From: an uncultured Halobacteria archaeon
GTDB taxonomy: Bacteria; Pseudomonadota; Gammaproteobacteria; UBA9214
Direction of reading: 5' to 3'
DNA length: 64,000 nucleotides
Assembly: GCA_963768575.1 (NCBI GenBank)
Contig: CAVYIJ010000001.1
Span: 273,214 to 337,213 of the forward strand
The translations under genes were made by a program, and so were the position numbers. Below the pieces are notes generated by a model. The model saw only the letters and a list, made by a program, of their open reading frames with translations, ran no database searches and had not been told where the DNA came from. Below, one piece after another: positions 11,284 through 21,268 of this stretch. Within the stretch, counting starts at the first letter, position 1, and each line of letters begins with the position of its first letter.

Positions 11284-12439
11284 GATCGTTCCGCAAGTCT
11301 GTAACCGACTCCAGGCCCACGGCCAGTCGAATCAGGCCATCCCCGATCCCCGCCCCGGTACGCTGCTCCGGGGTCAGGCGTCCATGAGTGGTCGTTGCCG
11401 GATGCGTGATCGTACTCTTGGTGTCGCCGAGATTGGCGGTAATTGAAAACACCTGCGTCGCATCTATCAACGTCCAGGCATCCTTCCGGCCGCCCTTCAG
11501 GTCAAACGAAACGATGCCGCCGTAACCGGTTTGCTGCCGGCCTGCCAGTTCGTGCTGCGGATGCGAAACAAGGCCGGGATAATAGACACGTGCGACAGCG
11601 GGCTGTTGCTCCAGCCACTGTGCCAGCACCTGCGCACTTTCACAATGTGCATGCATGCGCAACGCGAGCGTTTCAAGACCCTTGAGAAACACCCAGGCAT
11701 TGAACGGGCTCATGGTCGGGCCGGCTGTGCGCAGAAAGCCGTATACATCCTTGCCAACCCGTTCGGCATCACCCACCACGGCGCCACCGATACAGCGTCC
11801 CTGGCCATCCAGGTACTTGGTTGCGGAGTGAATTACAATATCCGCACCCAGCTTGAGCGGCTGTTGCAACGCAGGCGTACAAAAGCAATTATCGACCACG
11901 AGCAGGGCTTCATGCGCCCGCGCAAGTCCGGAGAGTGCCTGTATATCCACCAGTGCCGTCAGCGGGTTTGACGGTGTTTCGAGAAACAGCAGCCGCGTTT
12001 CCTGCCTGATGGCCGCCTCCCATCCCGCCAGGTCATCGAGTGCAACGAAGGTGGTCTCGACGCCAAACCGGGCGAGGTAATTGGTAAACAGTACCGAGGT
12101 CGTACCGAAGATACTGCGTGATGACACGATATGGTCGCCCGCTTTCAGCAATCCGGCACAGGTTGCAAGGATTGCTGCCATGCCCGACGAGGTCGCAACA
12201 CAGCTATCACCGCCCTCCAGCGATGCCAGCCGTTCCTCGAACGTACGCACCGTCGGATTGGTAAAGCGGGAATAGATATTGCCGGGCTCATCCCCGGAAA
12301 AACGCGCAGCCGCCTCGGCCGCACTCCCGAACACATAACTCGATGTCGGAAAGATAGCCTCCGAATGCTCACCCTCGGCAGTCCGCCGCTGGCCGCAACG
12401 CACCGCCCTGGTTTCGAATTCAAATTCATCATACGACAT
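11252..12439 (-). CDS. metZ: O-succinylhomoserine sulfhydrylase (MetZ) / Cys-Met-metabolism PLP enzyme
   Basis: Start MSYDEFEFETRAV with RBS AGGGGAA upstream; PLP-lysine region SATKYLDGQG; metZ-purF adjacency as in Pseudomonas. The track ORF extends further upstream (to 12616) without support. Confidence 0.85.
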   Translation of the reverse strand: MSYDEFEFETRAVRCGQRRTAEGEHSEAIFPTSSYVFGSAAEAAARFSGDEPGNIYSRFTNPTVRTFEERLASLEGGDSCVATSSGMAAILATCAGLLKAGDHIVSSRSIFGTTSVLFTNYLARFGVETTFVALDDLAGWEAAIRQETRLLFLETPSNPLTALVDIQALSGLARAHEALLVVDNCFCTPALQQPLKLGADIVIHSATKYLDGQGRCIGGAVVGDAERVGKDVYGFLRTAGPTMSPFNAWVFLKGLETLALRMHAHCESAQVLAQWLEQQPAVARVYYPGLVSHPQHELAGRQQTGYGGIVSFDLKGGRKDAWTLIDATQVFSITANLGDTKSTITHPATTTHGRLTPEQRTGAGIGDGLIRLAVGLESVTDLRNDLERGLAALRT

Positions 12440-12652
12440 GGTTGTTCCCCTTTCCGCTGCCCCGGGCCGGTTTGCGGGCACAAAAAAACCCGCTTCCAGA
12501 CAGGCGAAAGCAGGCGCTATCGCTTTAGCTGGATTTATCAGGCGCCCGCAAGCTGAATTCAAATCGGCGCAACTACTGCAATCAAGACTAGACGAGTGAT
12601 TATTGCCTGTCAACAAGTAGTCTTCATTGCAGCAGGGACTACCGGGATACTA

Positions 12653-14164
12653 TCAGGCAGTATTGTGCAAATCGATAGCTTCCCCTTCATCGTCACGTCT
12701 GTCATTCTTGGCGGCATCACTGCGCGTGGACTGGAGTGCATTCAGATAATCACTGCTTACATCACCGGTTATGTATTCGCCCGTAAACACAGATGCATCA
12801 AATTGCCTGATATCCTTGTTCCATTTTCCAACCGCCTTCACCAGATCATCCATCTCCTGGAAAATCAGCCAGTCAGCGCCGATTTCCTTGCCAACTTCTT
12901 CCTCGGTGCGTCCTGCGGCGATCAATTCCTTGCTGTTCGGCATATCGATGCCATAAACGTTCTGGTAGCGCACGGGCGGTGCGGCCGATGCGAAATATAC
13001 TTTCCTTGCCCCCGCTTCGCGCGCCATGTCTATTATCTGCATTGAGGTCGTGCCCCGTACGATAGAATCGTCAACCAGCAATACGTTCTTGTCCCTGAAC
13101 TCCAGCTCAATGGCATTCAGTTTCTGGCGAACAGACTTTTTGCGTTGCTGCTGACCGGGCATGATAAAAGTCCGGCCGATGTAACGGTTCTTGATGAAGC
13201 CCTCCCGGTATTTTACGCCGAGATTGTATGCCAGCTGTAACGCGGAGGTACGGCTTGTGTCCGGGATCGGTATCACTACATCGATATCGTGGTCCGGATG
13301 GGTCCTGTGAATTTTATCTGCAAGTTTCTCGCCCATCCTGAGACGTGCCTTGTAGACCGATATATTGTCGATGATCGAGTCCGGACGGGCCAGGTAAACG
13401 TATTCGAAAATGCAGGGTGACAAAGAGGTCCTTTCGGCACATTGTTTTTTGTGTATCTCGCCATCCAGCGTCACGAAGACCGCCTCACCAGGTGCCACAT
13501 CACCGATCAACTCGTAATTCAGAACATCCAGCGCAACACTTTCGGAGGCCATCATGTAATCCGTACCCTTCTCTGTCTCGCTCTTGCCATAAACAAGCGG
13601 ACGGATGCCGTACGGATCGCGGAAAGCGACTACGCCGTACCCGGTAATCATGGCAACTGCCGCGTAGGCACCGCGGCAACGCAGGTGTACACCGCTGATG
13701 GCACGGAACACATCATCGACTTCCATTCTCAGCTTGCCGTGTTGCTGCAGTTCATGGGCAAAAACATTCAGGAGTACTTCGGAATCGGAATCGGTGTTGA
13801 TCTGGCGCAGGTCTTCCTGGAACAGCTCCTGCTTCAGCTTGTTGGCGTTCGTCAGGTTACCGTTATGTGCCAGGCTGATACCGTAGGGAGAATTGACGTA
13901 GAAGGGCTGGGCCTCTGCCGAGCTCTCGCAGCCGGCAGTCGGGTAGCGCACATGCCCGATTCCCATGTTGCCTCGCAGGCGCAACATGTGACGTGTATGG
14001 AAAACATCCCGCACCAGGCCATTATTCTTGCGCAGGTGAAGCTGTTCTCCATCGCAGGTAATGATGCCCGCCGCATCCTGCCCGCGATGCTGCAACACAG
14101 TCAGTCCGTCATAGAGCGACTGGTTAACGGGACTGTGGGCAACGATGCCTATGATGCCGCACAT
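12653..14164 (-). CDS. purF: Amidophosphoribosyltransferase
   Basis: 503-aa ORF beginning MCGIIGIV (N-terminal nucleophile Cys) with PRTase motif [13 protein letters not shown]. Confidence 0.96.
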   Translation of the reverse strand: MCGIIGIVAHSPVNQSLYDGLTVLQHRGQDAAGIITCDGEQLHLRKNNGLVRDVFHTRHMLRLRGNMGIGHVRYPTAGCESSAEAQPFYVNSPYGISLAHNGNLTNANKLKQELFQEDLRQINTDSDSEVLLNVFAHELQQHGKLRMEVDDVFRAISGVHLRCRGAYAAVAMITGYGVVAFRDPYGIRPLVYGKSETEKGTDYMMASESVALDVLNYELIGDVAPGEAVFVTLDGEIHKKQCAERTSLSPCIFEYVYLARPDSIIDNISVYKARLRMGEKLADKIHRTHPDHDIDVVIPIPDTSRTSALQLAYNLGVKYREGFIKNRYIGRTFIMPGQQQRKKSVRQKLNAIELEFRDKNVLLVDDSIVRGTTSMQIIDMAREAGARKVYFASAAPPVRYQNVYGIDMPNSKELIAAGRTEEEVGKEIGADWLIFQEMDDLVKAVGKWNKDIRQFDASVFTGEYITGDVSSDYLNALQSTRSDAAKNDRRDDEGEAIDLHNTA

Positions 14165-14194
14165 AATGACGTCTCTGGTTCGATAGCCGGATAT

Positions 14195-14713
14195 TCAGGC
14201 GTAGGTGATATTGTCCGCAATCTCGCCCGGGAGGAAATCACGCATCCACAGCGCAAACTCTTCGAAATAGCCGAGAAATTGCGAGTCCTGCCACCACGGA
14301 TCCTGCGGTAAAGGCGTGAGCCCGGCAAGCATGACCAGTATCGCAACGATAACACCGCCACGCGCCACCCCGAATACGATACCCAGCAGTTTGTCCGTGC
14401 CGGTGAGCCCGGTCCTGGAAACAAGTTTACCGGCCAGGTAATTGACTACCGCGCCGAGCAGCAACACGCAGACGAACAGGATTGCGAAGGCGGTAATTTT
14501 CTGGGCCGACACCAGGCTTATCCACTGCGCGAACCATTGTGCGAGGTCCTCGTAAAACGTCACCGCAACCCAGAGCGCGATCAGCCACGTTGCCAGTGCC
14601 ACGGCCTCCTTGACGAACCCGCGAAACAGGCTAAGTATCGCGGACAGCACTATCAGTGCCAGTATCACTATGTCTATCCAGGCAATCGCCATATCCACCT
14701 CGAATTCCGGCAA
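14195..14713 (-). CDS. cvpA: Colicin V production protein CvpA (membrane protein)
   Basis: 172-aa polytopic membrane ORF MPEFEVDMAIAWIDIVILALIVLSAILSLFRGF... directly downstream of purF as in E. coli and Pseudomonas. Confidence 0.85.
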   Translation of the reverse strand: MPEFEVDMAIAWIDIVILALIVLSAILSLFRGFVKEAVALATWLIALWVAVTFYEDLAQWFAQWISLVSAQKITAFAILFVCVLLLGAVVNYLAGKLVSRTGLTGTDKLLGIVFGVARGGVIVAILVMLAGLTPLPQDPWWQDSQFLGYFEEFALWMRDFLPGEIADNITYA

Positions 14714-14787
14714 GAGTCAGATGCGGCCGGTATTATCAAATAATTGTTTATTTTAGCAGATATCTTTCCCGTACCGCCACGCCCTTA

Positions 14788-15393
14788 TCAGCCGTCCGGG
14801 GCACTGATTTCGATTACGATTCCACCCAGTTTCTGGCCGGCGACCAGCTTGATCTGCAATTTCTCCGCTATTGAGCGCGTCTTTGACGGGCCGACCAGGA
14901 CCCGGTAACTCGCGCCCTTGTCTGCCTCGACCGTCTGCAAGTGCGCATCCAGCTCATCGGAGCGTAGCCGGTCACGAAGACTGCGGGCATTTTCCGGCTT
15001 GCTGAAACTGCCGACCTGTACGTACCAGCCAGATGCAATGGCCTGCTCCAGCCCGGGCGAGGCGACCGGCTTCGCCGCTGGCGGTATCGGCTTTGCCGGT
15101 TCGGCCTGCTCCTGTTCCGCTATCTCGGGCACCGGGAGCGGCACTTGCGTCCCGCCGGGCGCTGCTTCGACAGCAACGTTTTCGGCGGGTGGATCACGCG
15201 GCTTTTCATCCCGGGTAACCGGTTTCGGCAGGTCCGCGGGTGCGTGGTAGCCAAGGTCCGGCGGCTCGGGAATCGTATGGTCCCGCGGCGCCCACTCATC
15301 CTGGGGTCCCTCGAGGATGAACGGTATGAAAATGACTGCCAGTGACACAAGCACAATTGCTCCTGCCAGCCGTTGCTTGAGTTGTTGCTCCAT
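14788..15393 (-). CDS. dedD: SPOR-domain cell-division protein (DedD-like)
   Basis: 201-aa ORF with N-terminal TM helix, a Pro-rich linker, and a C-terminal SPOR-like segment (WYVQVGSFSKPENARSLRDRL...YRVLVGPSKTRSIAEKL). Sits between folC and cvpA. Confidence 0.75.
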   Translation of the reverse strand: MEQQLKQRLAGAIVLVSLAVIFIPFILEGPQDEWAPRDHTIPEPPDLGYHAPADLPKPVTRDEKPRDPPAENVAVEAAPGGTQVPLPVPEIAEQEQAEPAKPIPPAAKPVASPGLEQAIASGWYVQVGSFSKPENARSLRDRLRSDELDAHLQTVEADKGASYRVLVGPSKTRSIAEKLQIKLVAGQKLGGIVIEISAPDG

Positions 15394-15446
15394 TTACGCT
15401 CCGGTAGAGATACGATGTACATCCTGCTTCAAGCGAATGCCCGGCA

Positions 15447-16712
15447 CTATACCTGACATGCCAGTGCCGCCGCTACGGTCACGAACGAGCCTGTCACGAC
15501 AACCCTGTCACCGTTGTTCGCGTACCTGTTTACATGTAACAATGCTTCTGCAACGTCTTTAAAAGTCTGCACCTGCCGTGTGCGGCCAATCAATCGCCCG
15601 AGTTCCCGTGCAGACAGCCCGCGCTCGCCGGCAAGGTCGACGAGACACCACTGGTCGACACACGGCGCCAGAATATCCGCGAAAGCCGCCGCATCCTTGT
15701 CGGCCAACATGCCGAGCACCAGCCAGGTTTTTCCCGCTGCCGGATTATCATCGAGAAAGCCTGCAAGCTGTCGGCCGCTTTCGGGGTTATGCGCAACATC
15801 CAGGATGCGGGGAATGCTGCCCGGGACCACCTGGCAGCGTCCAGCCAGCGATACCGAACGCAGGCCATCGGCCAGTGACCCGGGCGACACCGGGCAAACG
15901 GCGCCCAGCACTTCAATGACCATCAGCACACCCGCCGCATTATCCAGCTGGTGTCTGCCGCCAATTGCCGGAATCGGCAATGCCGCATGCTTTCGACTGC
16001 CGGCCTGCCAGTCCCAGCCGTCGCCGCCGGCCCGATAGCGAAAGTGCTCACCCAGTGTTTTCCAGTCCGCGCCGATTGATTGCGCCACCTGCCGCAGGCT
16101 GTCGGGGGGACGCGGGTCCGAGCAGACCGCCGGACGGCCGCACCGGTAGATACCCGCCTTTTCCCTGCCGATAGCCTCCCGATCGGAACCGAGCCACTGC
16201 CGATGGTCATGACCGATTGCCGTCACCAGTGCCGCATCGGCATCGATGATATTGACTGCATCCAGTCGACCGCCCATGCCGACTTCAAGCAGCAGAATAT
16301 CGACGTCCATCCGGCTGAATATGTCGAGCGCCGCCAGGGTGCCGAATTCAAAATAGGTCAGCGAAATTCCGTCTCGCGCAGCGTCGATGCGCGCAAATGC
16401 GTCACACAGGGACGCATCATCGGCATGCCGGCCATCGATGCAAATCCGCTCGTTATACTCGAGCAGGTGCGGAGACGTGTAGACGCCGGTGCGGTAACCG
16501 GCTGCGCGGTAAACGGCATCCAGCATCGCCACACTGGAACCCTTGCCGTTGGTGCCGGCAACGGAAATGACGGGCACCTTTGGCGACAGCAGGTCCAGCC
16601 GCTTTGCGACCTCGCCCACGCGTTCCAGGCCGAGGTCGACCGGGTTCGGGTGCAGTGTTTCTTGCCAGTCGAGCCAGGCAGGTAAGTTATCAAAGCGCGC
16701 CATGGAACACAT
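15447..16712 (-). CDS. folC: Bifunctional folylpolyglutamate synthase / dihydrofolate synthase
   Basis: 421-aa ORF with the Mur-ligase P-loop VAGTNGKGS and FolC-typical length. Confidence 0.93.
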   Translation of the reverse strand: MCSMARFDNLPAWLDWQETLHPNPVDLGLERVGEVAKRLDLLSPKVPVISVAGTNGKGSSVAMLDAVYRAAGYRTGVYTSPHLLEYNERICIDGRHADDASLCDAFARIDAARDGISLTYFEFGTLAALDIFSRMDVDILLLEVGMGGRLDAVNIIDADAALVTAIGHDHRQWLGSDREAIGREKAGIYRCGRPAVCSDPRPPDSLRQVAQSIGADWKTLGEHFRYRAGGDGWDWQAGSRKHAALPIPAIGGRHQLDNAAGVLMVIEVLGAVCPVSPGSLADGLRSVSLAGRCQVVPGSIPRILDVAHNPESGRQLAGFLDDNPAAGKTWLVLGMLADKDAAAFADILAPCVDQWCLVDLAGERGLSARELGRLIGRTRQVQTFKDVAEALLHVNRYANNGDRVVVTGSFVTVAAALACQV

Positions 16713-16736
16713 GCACGTTGCACGCTGACGTCCGCA

Positions 16737-17603
16737 TCATGTTCCGGTGTCAACCTGCCCCGTCAGCATACCAAGGATATTGGATATCCGTTCGCTCATT
16801 TCACGCCGGTCGACGATCATGTCAATAGCGCCATGTTCGAGCAGAAATTCGCTGCGCTGAAATCCTTCCGGCAATGTTTCGCGCACCGTTTGCTCGATGA
16901 CACGCGGCCCGGCAAATCCGATCAACGCTTTTGGCTCGGCAATATTGATGTCGCCCAGCATGGCAAAGCTGGCAGAGACGCCACCCATTGTCGGGTCGGT
17001 CAGGACCGAAATAAACGGGATTCCGGCCGCGGACAATTTTGCCAGTACAGCACTGGTCTTGGCCATCTGCATCAGCGAGAACAATGCCTCCTGCATGCGT
17101 GCGCCACCGCTGGCGGAAAAACAGATCAATGGCTGTCGTTCCGCCAGGCACGCTTCCGCGGCGCGCACGAAACGCTCACCGACGACCGCACCCATGGAGC
17201 CACCCATGAACCTGAATTCAAACGCGACGGCAATCACCGGCATACCCTGCAGCGTACCGCGCATGGCAATCAGCGCATCTTTCTCCCCGGTTGCCTTTTG
17301 TGCAGCCGTCAGGCGGTCACGGTATTTCTTGCTGTCCTTGAACTTAAGGACATCAACCGATTCGAGATCCGCGGCGATTTCTTCGGTGGAGTCGTCATCC
17401 AGGAACATCTGCAGCCGCAGACGTGCGCCGATGCGCATATGGTGACTGCACTTGGGGCAGACATCGTAATTCCGCTCCAGCTCCGTGCGATACAGGACTG
17501 CACTGCAGCCGTCACACTTGACCCACAGACCCTCGGGCACGGTGCGCTTGTTGCCACCGACGGTTCGAATCTTCGAGGGAACGAGTTTACTGAACCAGCT
17601 CAT
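16737..17603 (-). CDS. accD: Acetyl-CoA carboxylase carboxyltransferase subunit beta
   Basis: 288-aa ORF with the N-terminal zinc ribbon [26 protein letters not shown] and a carboxyltransferase domain. Confidence 0.95.
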   Translation of the reverse strand: MSWFSKLVPSKIRTVGGNKRTVPEGLWVKCDGCSAVLYRTELERNYDVCPKCSHHMRIGARLRLQMFLDDDSTEEIAADLESVDVLKFKDSKKYRDRLTAAQKATGEKDALIAMRGTLQGMPVIAVAFEFRFMGGSMGAVVGERFVRAAEACLAERQPLICFSASGGARMQEALFSLMQMAKTSAVLAKLSAAGIPFISVLTDPTMGGVSASFAMLGDINIAEPKALIGFAGPRVIEQTVRETLPEGFQRSEFLLEHGAIDMIVDRREMSERISNILGMLTGQVDTGT

Positions 17604-17654
17604 AATGTAATTTATACATGATATTAGTAAGTATTTGAAATATAGTTATTAGTA

Positions 17655-18464
17655 CTATCCTGATGCATCGATTGCCGCACGCATCCCGGCAATGGTCGCG
17701 GACAATGCCGGGGCAATTGTCTCCGGTCGGTCGACCCGCTCGGCAATGCCATTGACCAGGACACTGCCAACCACCACCGCATCGGCAATAGCGGCGATCT
17801 GTGCGGCCGATTGAGCATCGCGAATACCGAAGCCCACCGCGACCGGTAAGTCAGTGTATTTGCGGATTTCCGCGAGCTTTTCGCTAACCGATGCAATATC
17901 CAGCCGGTTGGCGCCGGTCACGCCCTTGAAGGATACATAATACAGAAAACCGCTGGCAGACTCGCTAACCAGCTGCATCCTGTCAGCACCACTGGTCGGC
18001 GCCAGCAGAAATATCGTATCCAGCCCCTGCTTCCGCAATGCGGCTGACAGTCCACCCGCTTCTTCCGGCGGCATATCCACGACCAGCACCCCGTCGATAC
18101 CGGCAGCGGCCGCGGTCTGTGCGAAGTCATCATATCCCCACACTTCGACCGGATTGAGATAACCCATCAGGATGACAGGCGTGGTGGTATCTTCACGACG
18201 AAATTCTTTTACCATGTCGACCACCCGGTGCAAGGTGGTATGGTGCGCCAGCGCACGCTCACAGGCCGCCTGGATAACGGGCCCGTCAGCCATGGGATCT
18301 GAAAACGGTACCCCGACCTCCAGCAGGTCGGCACCGGCCTCCACCAGGGCATGCAGCAAGGGCACTGTTATATCCGGCTGCGGATCACCCGCAGTAATAT
18401 AGGGAATCAGCGCCTTGCGCCCCTGCTTTTTCAGCGCCGAGAATCGTTCTTCGATACGGCTCAT
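17655..18464 (-). CDS. trpA: Tryptophan synthase alpha chain
   Basis: 269-aa [31 protein letters not shown]...[14 protein letters not shown]; canonical TrpA. Confidence 0.95.
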   Translation of the reverse strand: MSRIEERFSALKKQGRKALIPYITAGDPQPDITVPLLHALVEAGADLLEVGVPFSDPMADGPVIQAACERALAHHTTLHRVVDMVKEFRREDTTTPVILMGYLNPVEVWGYDDFAQTAAAAGIDGVLVVDMPPEEAGGLSAALRKQGLDTIFLLAPTSGADRMQLVSESASGFLYYVSFKGVTGANRLDIASVSEKLAEIRKYTDLPVAVGFGIRDAQSAAQIAAIADAVVVGSVLVNGIAERVDRPETIAPALSATIAGMRAAIDASG

Positions 18465-19687
18465 ACTTCAATTCCTTCCAGTTTGGCCACGGTATTCACA
18501 TCCTTGTCACCCCGCCCGGAGAGATTAACCACGATGGTCTGGTCACGGTCCATGCCGGCAGCGAGCTGCACCGCATAGGCCAGCGCATGGCTGGATTCCA
18601 GCGCGGGCAATATACCCTCGATGCGCGTCAGCTGGTGAAAGGCCTGTAACGCTTCCGTATCCGTCACCGCCGCGTAGGTCGCCCGACCGGTATCCTTGAG
18701 CCAGGCATGCTCCGGCCCGACCCCGGGATAATCCAGTCCCGCCGATACCGAGTGGGTCTCGATGATCTGGCCATCACTGTCTTCCATCAGGTAAGTACGA
18801 TTGCCATGCAACACACCGGGCTTGCCGGCGCATAGCGGTGCGGCATGCCGTCCGGTTTCGATACCGTCACCGGCAGCCTCGACGCCATGCAGCTGCACTT
18901 CGCTGTCGCCTATAAAGGGATGGAACAGGCCGATGGCATTGGATCCGCCGCCCACACAGGCGACCAGCGCATCCGGCAGCCGGCCGGTCATCTCCAGTAT
19001 TTGCTGTTTCGTTTCGCGGCCGATGATTGCCTGGAAATCACGCACCATGGCGGGATACGGGTGCGGCCCTGCAACCGTGCCGATAATGTAGAAGGTTGAG
19101 TCCACATTCGTCACCCAGTCACGCAGGGCCTCGTTGAGGGCATCCTTCAGTGTTTTCGAACCGGAACCCACCGCAACGACATCCGCTCCGAGCAGACGCA
19201 TTCGGTAAACATTGATCGCCTGGCGCCTGATATCCTCCTCGCCCATATAGACGACGCATTCCATACCCAGCCGGGCCGCAACGGTTGCGGACGCCACGCC
19301 GTGCTGGCCGGCACCGGTCTCTGCAATGATGCGCTGCTTGCCCATGCGCCTGGCGAGTAATCCCTGACCGATCGTGTTGTTGATCTTGTGCGCGCCCGTA
19401 TGGTTGAGGTCTTCGCGCTTCAGGAAAATACGCGCGCCGCCGGCCTGTTCGCTCAGGCGCTTCGCGAAATAAAGCGGCGATGGACGGCCGACATAATGCT
19501 TAAGGTCTGCATCCAGCTCGGCCAGGAACTCCGGGTCCTGCAGGTACTTCCTGTAGGCGGCGTTCAGCTCGTTCAGCGGCGGCATCAGCGTTTCAGCGAC
19601 GAACCGGCCACCGTAGATCCCGAAATGACCGGCTTCGTCCGGCAGCGCATCCACATCGATGTTGTCAGTCTTATACCTCTGTTCCAC
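18461..19687 (-). CDS. trpB: Tryptophan synthase beta chain
   Basis: 408-aa ORF with the PLP-lysine motif HTGAHKINN and GGGSNAIG; 4-nt overlap with trpA. Confidence 0.96.
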   Translation of the reverse strand: MEQRYKTDNIDVDALPDEAGHFGIYGGRFVAETLMPPLNELNAAYRKYLQDPEFLAELDADLKHYVGRPSPLYFAKRLSEQAGGARIFLKREDLNHTGAHKINNTIGQGLLARRMGKQRIIAETGAGQHGVASATVAARLGMECVVYMGEEDIRRQAINVYRMRLLGADVVAVGSGSKTLKDALNEALRDWVTNVDSTFYIIGTVAGPHPYPAMVRDFQAIIGRETKQQILEMTGRLPDALVACVGGGSNAIGLFHPFIGDSEVQLHGVEAAGDGIETGRHAAPLCAGKPGVLHGNRTYLMEDSDGQIIETHSVSAGLDYPGVGPEHAWLKDTGRATYAAVTDTEALQAFHQLTRIEGILPALESSHALAYAVQLAAGMDRDQTIVVNLSGRGDKDVNTVAKLEGIEV

Positions 19688-20300
19688 CTTTTTCCACTCC
19701 TGTTATGAATGCATCTATCTTGTCCGCCGACTTGATCCCCGGCGCGCTCTCCACGCCGCTGCTGACATCGACTGCATAAGGCCTGAGTAACCGGACAGCT
19801 TCCGTTACATTCCCGGGTGTCAGTCCGCCGGCGAGCACCAACGGACGCTCGACCCGTGACGGCACCCGTTTCCAGTCAAACGTCCGCCCGCCACCGCCAT
19901 GGGTCCGGGGTTGCCAGGCATCGAGCAGGAAACCGGCGGCATCCGGGTAGCGGTCCATCACGGCCTGCAGGTCGACGTCGGGCGTCATTGCGACCGACTT
20001 GATAAACGGCAGTCCCCACGCGCTGCACTCGGCATTGCCTTCGCTGCCGTGAAACTGCAACAGGCCCAGCGGTACGATCTCAAGCGTCGCCTCGATTGTA
20101 GCAGGGGCGGCATTGACAAACAGTCCGGTGACGGTGACGAACGGCGGCACAGCCTGTGCAATAAGGCGTGCGACCGGTGCCTCGAGATAGCGCGGACTGC
20201 CGGGATGGAACACCAGGCCGAGCGCATCAGCACCACAGGCGGACACGATAGCCGCATCTTCATTGCGGGTAATTCCACATATTTTAACGCGGGTACGCAT
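19671..20300 (-). CDS. trpF: N-(5'-phosphoribosyl)anthranilate isomerase
   Basis: 209-aa [19 protein letters not shown]...; typical PRAI; overlaps the trpB start. Confidence 0.9.
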   Translation of the reverse strand: MRTRVKICGITRNEDAAIVSACGADALGLVFHPGSPRYLEAPVARLIAQAVPPFVTVTGLFVNAAPATIEATLEIVPLGLLQFHGSEGNAECSAWGLPFIKSVAMTPDVDLQAVMDRYPDAAGFLLDAWQPRTHGGGGRTFDWKRVPSRVERPLVLAGGLTPGNVTEAVRLLRPYAVDVSSGVESAPGIKSADKIDAFITGVEKGGTEV

Positions 20301-20363
20301 GCGGGCGATAAACCTTTTACCGGGCAGATTGAATAATGTACCAGAATTGCGCCCCCGGGCGGG

Positions 20364-21143
20364 CTAACTGTAGACCGGCAGGGGTGGTTCAGCCGGCAGG
20401 CGGTATTCCGGGTCATAAAACACTGCTGCCAGGTACAGGCCGCCGGGCGGGGCATTGACGCCGCTCAGGGTCCGGTCGGCCGCCTGCAACACCGCGGCAG
20501 ACCATGTGACCGGCTGATCACCCCGGCCTATTGCCAGCAGGACACCGGCGATGCATCGAACCATGTGGTGCAGGAAGGCATTTGCCTCGACATCGATATA
20601 CACGCAATCCCCCGAGCGGGTGACATCCAGCCGGTAAATCTCCCGTCGCGGGCTTTTTGCCTGGCAGCCGGCGGCGCGAAACGATGTGAAGTCATGCTCG
20701 CCGATGAGCGCGTTGGCCGCTAACTGCATGCGTTCGTGATCAAGCGGCAGGTATTCGAGACAAACCAGCCGCCGGAGCACGGCGGTCGCGACCGGTCGAT
20801 TGAGGATAACGTAGCGGTAACGGCGCCGCCGGGCCGAAAAGCGCGCATGGAAGCTGTCATTGACACAGGCTGACCACTGCAGACGGATATCGGCTGGCAG
20901 ATTGGCATTGGCGCCACGCACCCAGCTATCGCCCTCGCGTACAGAATGCGTGTCAAAATGCACGACCTGGGCTGTTGCATGCACACCCGTATCCGTACGC
21001 CCGGCGCAGACAATACGGACCGCGTGATCGGCGACGATAGAAAGAGCCTGCTCTACGCTGGCCTGTACGGTGGGCCCCTCCGCCTGGCGCTGCCAGCCGT
21101 AATAACCGGACCCGTCGTATTCGATTCCGAGTGCGATTCTCAT
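20364..21143 (-). CDS. truA: tRNA pseudouridine(38-40) synthase TruA
   Basis: 259-aa ORF MRIALGIEYDGSGYYGWQRQ... with the catalytic Asp context (GRTDTGVHA). Confidence 0.93.
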   Translation of the reverse strand: MRIALGIEYDGSGYYGWQRQAEGPTVQASVEQALSIVADHAVRIVCAGRTDTGVHATAQVVHFDTHSVREGDSWVRGANANLPADIRLQWSACVNDSFHARFSARRRRYRYVILNRPVATAVLRRLVCLEYLPLDHERMQLAANALIGEHDFTSFRAAGCQAKSPRREIYRLDVTRSGDCVYIDVEANAFLHHMVRCIAGVLLAIGRGDQPVTWSAAVLQAADRTLSGVNAPPGGLYLAAVFYDPEYRLPAEPPLPVYS

Positions 21144-21268
21144 ACCGGCATACAGGTTAGGGAATTAACTGGTTGCACACCCGAAGGAGCGATTCAGGGG
21201 CCGGCACAGGCGCACACAAAAGAGAAACGAACCCATCGGCATAATTTCGCCGATTAACCGACGGACGA

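Noticed and set aside
13442-14311. 289-aa ORF on the plus strand, antisense to purF. Similar long antisense ORFs: 16833..17621 vs accD, 24966..25643 vs leuB, 28940..30040 vs aroC, 51192..51950 vs relA, 55355..56401 and 55707..56477 vs the TPR gene, 60232..60870 vs the RND tail.
   Set aside because: Each lies entirely within, and opposite to, a strongly conserved gene. Long stop-free antisense frames are expected at ~60% GC. No recognisable protein features.
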